Origin: the human T2T-CHM13v2.0 reference genome, Homo sapiens
NCBI RefSeq assembly: GCF_009914755.1
Contig: NC_060931.1
Strand: one strand, 5' to 3'
DNA length: 64,000 bases
Shown here: positions 57,018-64,000 of the stretch, piece after piece
How positions within the stretch are numbered: the first letter of the stretch is position 1
Layout: the number at the start of each line of letters is the position of its first letter
The notes under the pieces: model-generated
Seen by the model: only the letters and a program-made list of their open reading frames with translations
Database searches by the model: none
What the model was told of the DNA's origin: nothing
Position numbers and translations under genes: made by a program

Positions 57018-59560
57018 CGCCCAGTCCTGGGTGGGGGTGGCGGTGGCCGCAGCTGCCTGGCCTGCTCCTCCCAGCCCCAGTCCCTCCAAGCCACGAGCCC
57101 CAGATGGGCGGTGACACCCCACAAGGACACGGCCTCAGCGGTTCCATTTTCCCCCGAACATTCAGCCACTTCCCTGGAGCAATTTTTCCTGCCCCGCTGG
57201 GGACCAGCGAGTGGCCTAGTTGCGGCTGTGGCCCTGGACAGCGGCGTGAGGCCCAAACCTCTAGGTAGGGCCCAGTTGGATCCTGATTTTTCATTGAGCC
57301 AGGCAGTCTCAGCCCGAGTTGAAAGGCCTCCTTAGCCTTGGAACTAACGTCTCTTCACCCTGACTTCTGGGCAAGGGGAGATCCCAGGAAAAGGTTTACC
57401 TGCAGGTTTTCCAAGGCCAAAGCCCCAGCAAGGACCCCCTCTCCAACCTTTGTTATAGGGCTACATGGGGCCTGGGCTCAGCATCCTCATTTGGGGTAAA
57501 CTGAGGCCCGGGACAAGCCCGGCAGAGCCTAAGGCTGCTCGGGGAGTGGGGCCAATCAGAGATGATTGGAGCTGCCAGAAACTCTAATCAGATGACCTCC
57601 AATTCATCCTTAAAAGTTGAATGGTGGGGAGGGGCTGGAGTCTCTTCCTCCCTCCTCCCAAGTTGGGGCTCCTGGATGTGTTGACTCCAGGCTGTGCCTG
57701 GTTGTGGAGGGTCTGGGGCAGGGTGTGAGGGGTGCTGTGGAACTGGAGCAGGAGACAGGGCTGGGTGTTCCTGGTGCAGCCCTTCTGGGCATGGGAGAGA
57801 AGCCCCAAGGCCCTGGGTTGCTCCCCAAGAGCAGCTCTGAGGCCTCCTGCTCAGCCCTGGCCTGTGTGGGGAGCGAGTGTGCCCCCCACCCAGCCCCTGC
57901 CACCGCCGTTACTTATTCTCACTGATGTGGGGTTATCATATAATTGGCACCATGCTGTCTGTAGGACATTATGACGTGCTTGGGTTCTGGTTTGAGTTGG
58001 CAGCCCGTTGGGTCTCTCTGCCTGGTGGAGCCTTGGGGTGGCAGGTACGTCCCTTCCCCCGCCCAGGTGCTTCATCCTCATGGCCAGGCCTGGTGGCTTG
58101 GCACGTCTCTGCTGCCCCAAGCCCAGCTTCCTTCTGCTGGGCGTTCCTGCCCCACTGGCTCTGCCGGACTTGGCTACTGGACTCTCCCCTCCCTCATGCC
58201 TCTGCCCAGAGATGTCCCAAAGGCCCTCAGGGCCAAGCCGGGCCAGGGATGTGGCTGCCACAGCTGAGACCAAGGGCTCTGGCTGGCCCGTCCCCACCAG
58301 GTGGCCCTGCCCTCCCCAAGTTGGGGGTTGTGGCACTTGGGGTCAGGCCTAGCCACGTAAGGACACAGGTAACACCCTGAGGATCTGGCATTGGCAGCTT
58401 CAGGCCTAACTTTCCTGGTCAGGGCCCCTTAAGGTGGCCCGGGCACATTGGTTTCATTTCGATGAGACTTTGTCAGAGGCCTGGTCTGGTCCTGGCCCTA
58501 CCGCCCCAGCTGTCCTTCAGCACAGCTCGGGGTGGGGACTCCAGGATGCTGGGTCTGCCCCTTGGGAGGGGCACTCTGGAAGGTCAGGGTGATCCACAAC
58601 TGTGAGCTGAGGTTGGATGCAGCTGGGAGCTTGGGACAGAGAGAGCCCAGGGCTCCCCTGCTGTGGGGCACCTGCCCAGCGGGGACATGAGATGACAGAG
58701 ACCTCCCCGGCGGGGGTACTCAGGTGCTACGAACATGGCAGCTCTTGTTTCCGGCTGAGCCATGGCCAGAGCAGGGCTCAGTCTGCCCCTGAACTTGCTG
58801 AATGGACCGACGAGCTGAGCCTGAAAGCCCAGAAGAGCCTCGGTCCAGAAGACGGAGACTCGGCCCGGTGTCCAGCGCAGCCCAGGGCTTCCTGGGGGGC
58901 AGCAGGAGTGCCTGGGGGTCACCGCCTTCAGGACAATGGCCTCAGTGGCTCTTTCTTTCTGCCCTGAACTGGCACCTGCACCTCCTCTGCTTCCTAGAGG
59001 GTGACCTGGGCCGAGCCGCCCAGTCCTTCTTCCCCTGAGGCCAGAGGGGACGCCCCGCGGCCACATCACACAGGATCCTCAGCAGCCATAGTCTCGCTTC
59101 AGGGTGTCCAGTGTTTCGAGGAGGAGAGGGGACAGGGGCCAGGTCCACTCCCTTGGCCCTCCTCTTGGACCCCAAGGCCAGGCCGGATCCTTTTATCCCG
59201 TGGGGAGCCCCTGCCTCGGCCATCGGGATGAGGTCCCTCAAGTCCCTGCACAAGCAGGTCAGAGACCCACCCACATGCCGTTCCTGGGCTACGCCACGCG
59301 CCATCCCCCGGGGCTGTGGACGCACCCAGCCCCCGACAGACAGGCGCCCTGAGAGCTCCGAAGGCGCGATCCCCATCCCCACCAGTGGAGAAGCCAGAAC
59401 CGCGATTGTTGCATCTGGGAAAACCCAGCTGGAGCCGAACGGCCCGTGCCCCCACTGTAATTGTGCTGAAAATGTTTCTCAAATGACCCAAATTGGCTCT
59501 TATTTTTTCTAATGGCCCTTTCAAAGTATTCATGAAATTGATGCTGTGTCATAAAACAAA

Positions 59561-59566
59561 AATAAA
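59561..59566 (+). terminator. BHLHA15: BHLHA15 polyA signal AATAAA
   Basis: First canonical AATAAA I could find downstream of the stop. Confidence 0.7.
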
Positions 59567-59612
59567 AGATTTCACAGCAATGTCTGCTTCAGGCACACGG
59601 GGAACCACGCGT

Positions 59613-59618
59613 TTTAAT
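59613..59618 (-). terminator. TECPR1: TECPR1 polyA signal ATTAAA
   Basis: tttaat on +; U-rich downstream element on the - strand. Confidence 0.65.
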
Positions 59619-60489
59619 CAACGTATCGATAAAAAACACCAGGGCACGGACACTCCAGGGGAAATGCTTATTGAGTAAAGTATCCGAGGAAGTGATGCAG
59701 GGCAGGTAAACAGCTGGTGCTCAGCAGCGAGAGGACGCGTCACTCTGCCGTTCTGCAGGGTGACGCCCTCCCCGTACCTCGCTGAGAGCCACCTGCAGAC
59801 ACAGCAGGCCACAGCAGAATGCACAGGTCACTGTTGTAGGGGAACAAATCGTAATGCCCAGAGAAAACCTGATAGTGAAATGTAAACAGACAGGACAGGG
59901 TGGTTCCAGGTGGCCACCACCGCCAGGCCCTTCCCGTGATTGATCTGAGAGCTTCACAGCCGGCGGCACTGGGACCCATTTCCAGAAACACTGGAACACC
60001 AGGTCTCTCAGATGCCCGCGGGAGGGGCCCCAGGGAGGCCTTTCTCAGCATCAGCTTTTGGGTGACAAACCCCATACAGCAAAACTGTACAAATACACAC
60101 AACGGACCCCCAGCTGACAGTGAGACCAGGACCCTAGGAAGGTCAGGTGGTGGTGAAGTCATCCCCTCTCCAACCGAGCAGAGCCTGGGGTTGGGCTCTG
60201 ATGACCTCCCGGGCAAAGTGTCCAGGTGGAGGAAGCAAACTCCCAAATGGGGCACAAAGGTAATAAAAAGCAGCTGAGAGATTGCGGGATGGGGTCGGGG
60301 CCACTTGGCCGACACCTTCTGCCTCGCCTGGCCGGGCCGGGCCAGCCTCTCGCCACAGGATGGAGGGTGACTGTGCACCCTGCTCCATGTACAGGACGGG
60401 CTGAGGGTCCCATGGCCACTGCCGACAGACACAGTAGTACTGCTCCCCACAGAAGCCCGCAGTCTGCACCCTCCTACAACATGATTTGA

Positions 60490-61043
<554 letters not shown>

Positions 61044-61523
61044 TGAGAAATGGTCACTGCACATGGTAAAGAGGCCCTGAGCCCCATGGCCATCTCTCTT
61101 GGTGAGGGGTGGCGGGCCCGGGTGCTGTCTGAGATGCCAGCTCAGGAGGGCTCCATCCTGGCTCTGCTGCCCCAGGGCCGGCGTTCCCGGAGGGCTCCAG
61201 GTTCCCGGTTCTAGTCCTGGAAAGGCAGAAGGGAGAGGGGAAGGGAAGGGTGGGAGGGGCCTCTGGGAGGTGCAGCCCCACCCCATGCCCCACACCCCGG
61301 GACTCCTCGCAGACGGGGACACGTGTGGGAGTGTCCGCGGAGCTTCACATTTCAGGGCCGTCTCAGCCAGTGCCTCTGAAGTGGCCGCAGCCTTGGGGCC
61401 AGGTTCCCTCCTGAGTCCACCTGGGCCACATTGCTCCCACGGTGCACACTCCAGCACAAGAATGGCTCAGCCTTGATCCCCCAAACTGGGCACCGTCCCT
61501 GCATGTAGGTGTGTGGGGGGGCC

Positions 61524-61637
61524 TCAGCAGCAGACGGGGCCATGGGCCTCTGGTGGGGCACTCGGCTCCTGCTCCTGGGACGAGCTCCGGGGGGCCCTGG
61601 TGGCATTGGCCCGGACAGAGATATGGTCCCAGCCTCC
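61524..61637 (-). CDS. TECPR1: TECPR1 last exon coding part (GGWDHISVRANATRAPRSSSQEQEPSAPPEAHGPVCC*)
   Basis: ccttccag acceptor on -, TGA at 61524-61526. Confidence 0.93.
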   Translation of the reverse strand, partial: GGWDHISVRANATRAPRSSSQEQEPSAPPEAHGPVCC

Positions 61638-61822
61638 CTGGAAGGAGAGAGCTGTGTCACCAGGGGACTCGGGGACTCGATCCTGGAGGGGATCTGCCTG
61701 GGGGCCTCCCTGCAACCCAGACACCGGGTCCCAGGGGACAGTCCCACAGTGGTCGTCCCGTCTTCAGCACCCAGTGCAGGCACAAGGTGATAACACAGCC
61801 CAAGGCCGCGGGCCCCGCTCAC

Positions 61823-61942
61823 CCCGATGCCGTAGTCCCAGCCGTGGCCCTTGGGCTCGTGAGGCTGCACGCCGGTGCGATGACACACTGTCCCCCGGCT
61901 CAGGCTGTGGCTGCCCTGCACTTTGTTGGCGATCACCCAGAC
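61823..61942 (-). CDS. TECPR1: TECPR1 penultimate exon (VWVIANKVQG...GWDYGIG)
   Basis: ctccag acceptor, gtgagc donor, 120 bp; tectonin beta-propeller repeat. Confidence 0.93.
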
Positions 61943-62066
61943 CTGGAGCACAGACCCCATGAAGCCCTCAGCCCTACCTGCAGTGGGACGGCTGGGCATG
62001 GGATGGGGGAGACCAGAGAGGGAACCAGAGCACCCCAAGTGCCCGATACCCCCTGAGCACCCCCAC

Positions 62067-62173
62067 CTGGTCCAGGGGCCCCACGGACACTCGGCACACG
62101 TTGTTGGACACGTGCTCCCAGCTGGAGCCCTGCGGGTAGCTGGGCGTGATCCCTTGGCGATACCACAGGTTTC
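62067..62173 (-). CDS. TECPR1: TECPR1 third-from-last exon (NLWYRQGITPSYPQGSSWEHVSNNVCRVSVGPLDQ)
   Basis: ttttctccccag acceptor, gtgggg donor, 107 bp; TECPR repeat signature. Confidence 0.93.
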
Positions 62174-62486
62174 CTGGGGAGAAAAGCAGTGAGGGTCAAA
62201 GGGGAAGACCTTCCCGGCCCCTCCTGCCCGTGCGGCCCGGCAGCCGGTGGCCAGGCCCCGCTCTAACCACTTCGGGGTTTGGGAAGCTGCTGGGGAGGCA
62301 GGAGGGTCCTGGCCCCTGAGTCAGGGCCACAGCCTCCTCCGCTTCTCCACACTCAGGAGCCTGGGCTGCAGCCAGCTCCGCCTTCTGCACACTCGGGGCG
62401 TCCCCCGAGCCTCATAATCGCCCTATTGTGCTGGGCACGGCCGGCCTCCTGATCCTCTTTCTGCTGAGGCAGAAACTATGGACAAG

Positions 62487-64000
<1,514 letters not shown>

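Overview
Human (primate) genomic DNA, recognisable as the 7q21.3 LMTK2-BHLHA15-TECPR1 locus. The + strand carries LMTK2 coding exons 6-14 (numbering from recalled gene structure; all splice phases verified from the sequence) with a ~4.1 kb 3'UTR, then the two-exon BHLHA15 (MIST1) gene. The - strand carries the last three coding exons and 3'UTR of TECPR1, convergent with BHLHA15. Introns are rich in Alu, L1, LTR, DNA-transposon and MIR/L2 relics, and most short ORFs in the track are repeat- or GC-derived noise. The most notable unexplained structure is a ~3.87 kb insertion in LMTK2 intron 7 (25016-28887). It has a 17-bp target-site duplication, a poly(A) tail and an LTR cut off at its polyA site, and an Alu-to-L1 junction that falls exactly on splice sites. 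It therefore looks like a full-length retrocopy of a spliced, TE-built non-coding transcript whose parent I cannot identify. Other highlights are an interlocked bidirectional polyA site shared by BHLHA15 and TECPR1, a G-rich 60-63 bp minisatellite between the LMTK2 3' end and the BHLHA15 promoter, and an Ig-type octamer plus XBP1-like site in that promoter. I see no evidence of a wholly new multi-gene system.
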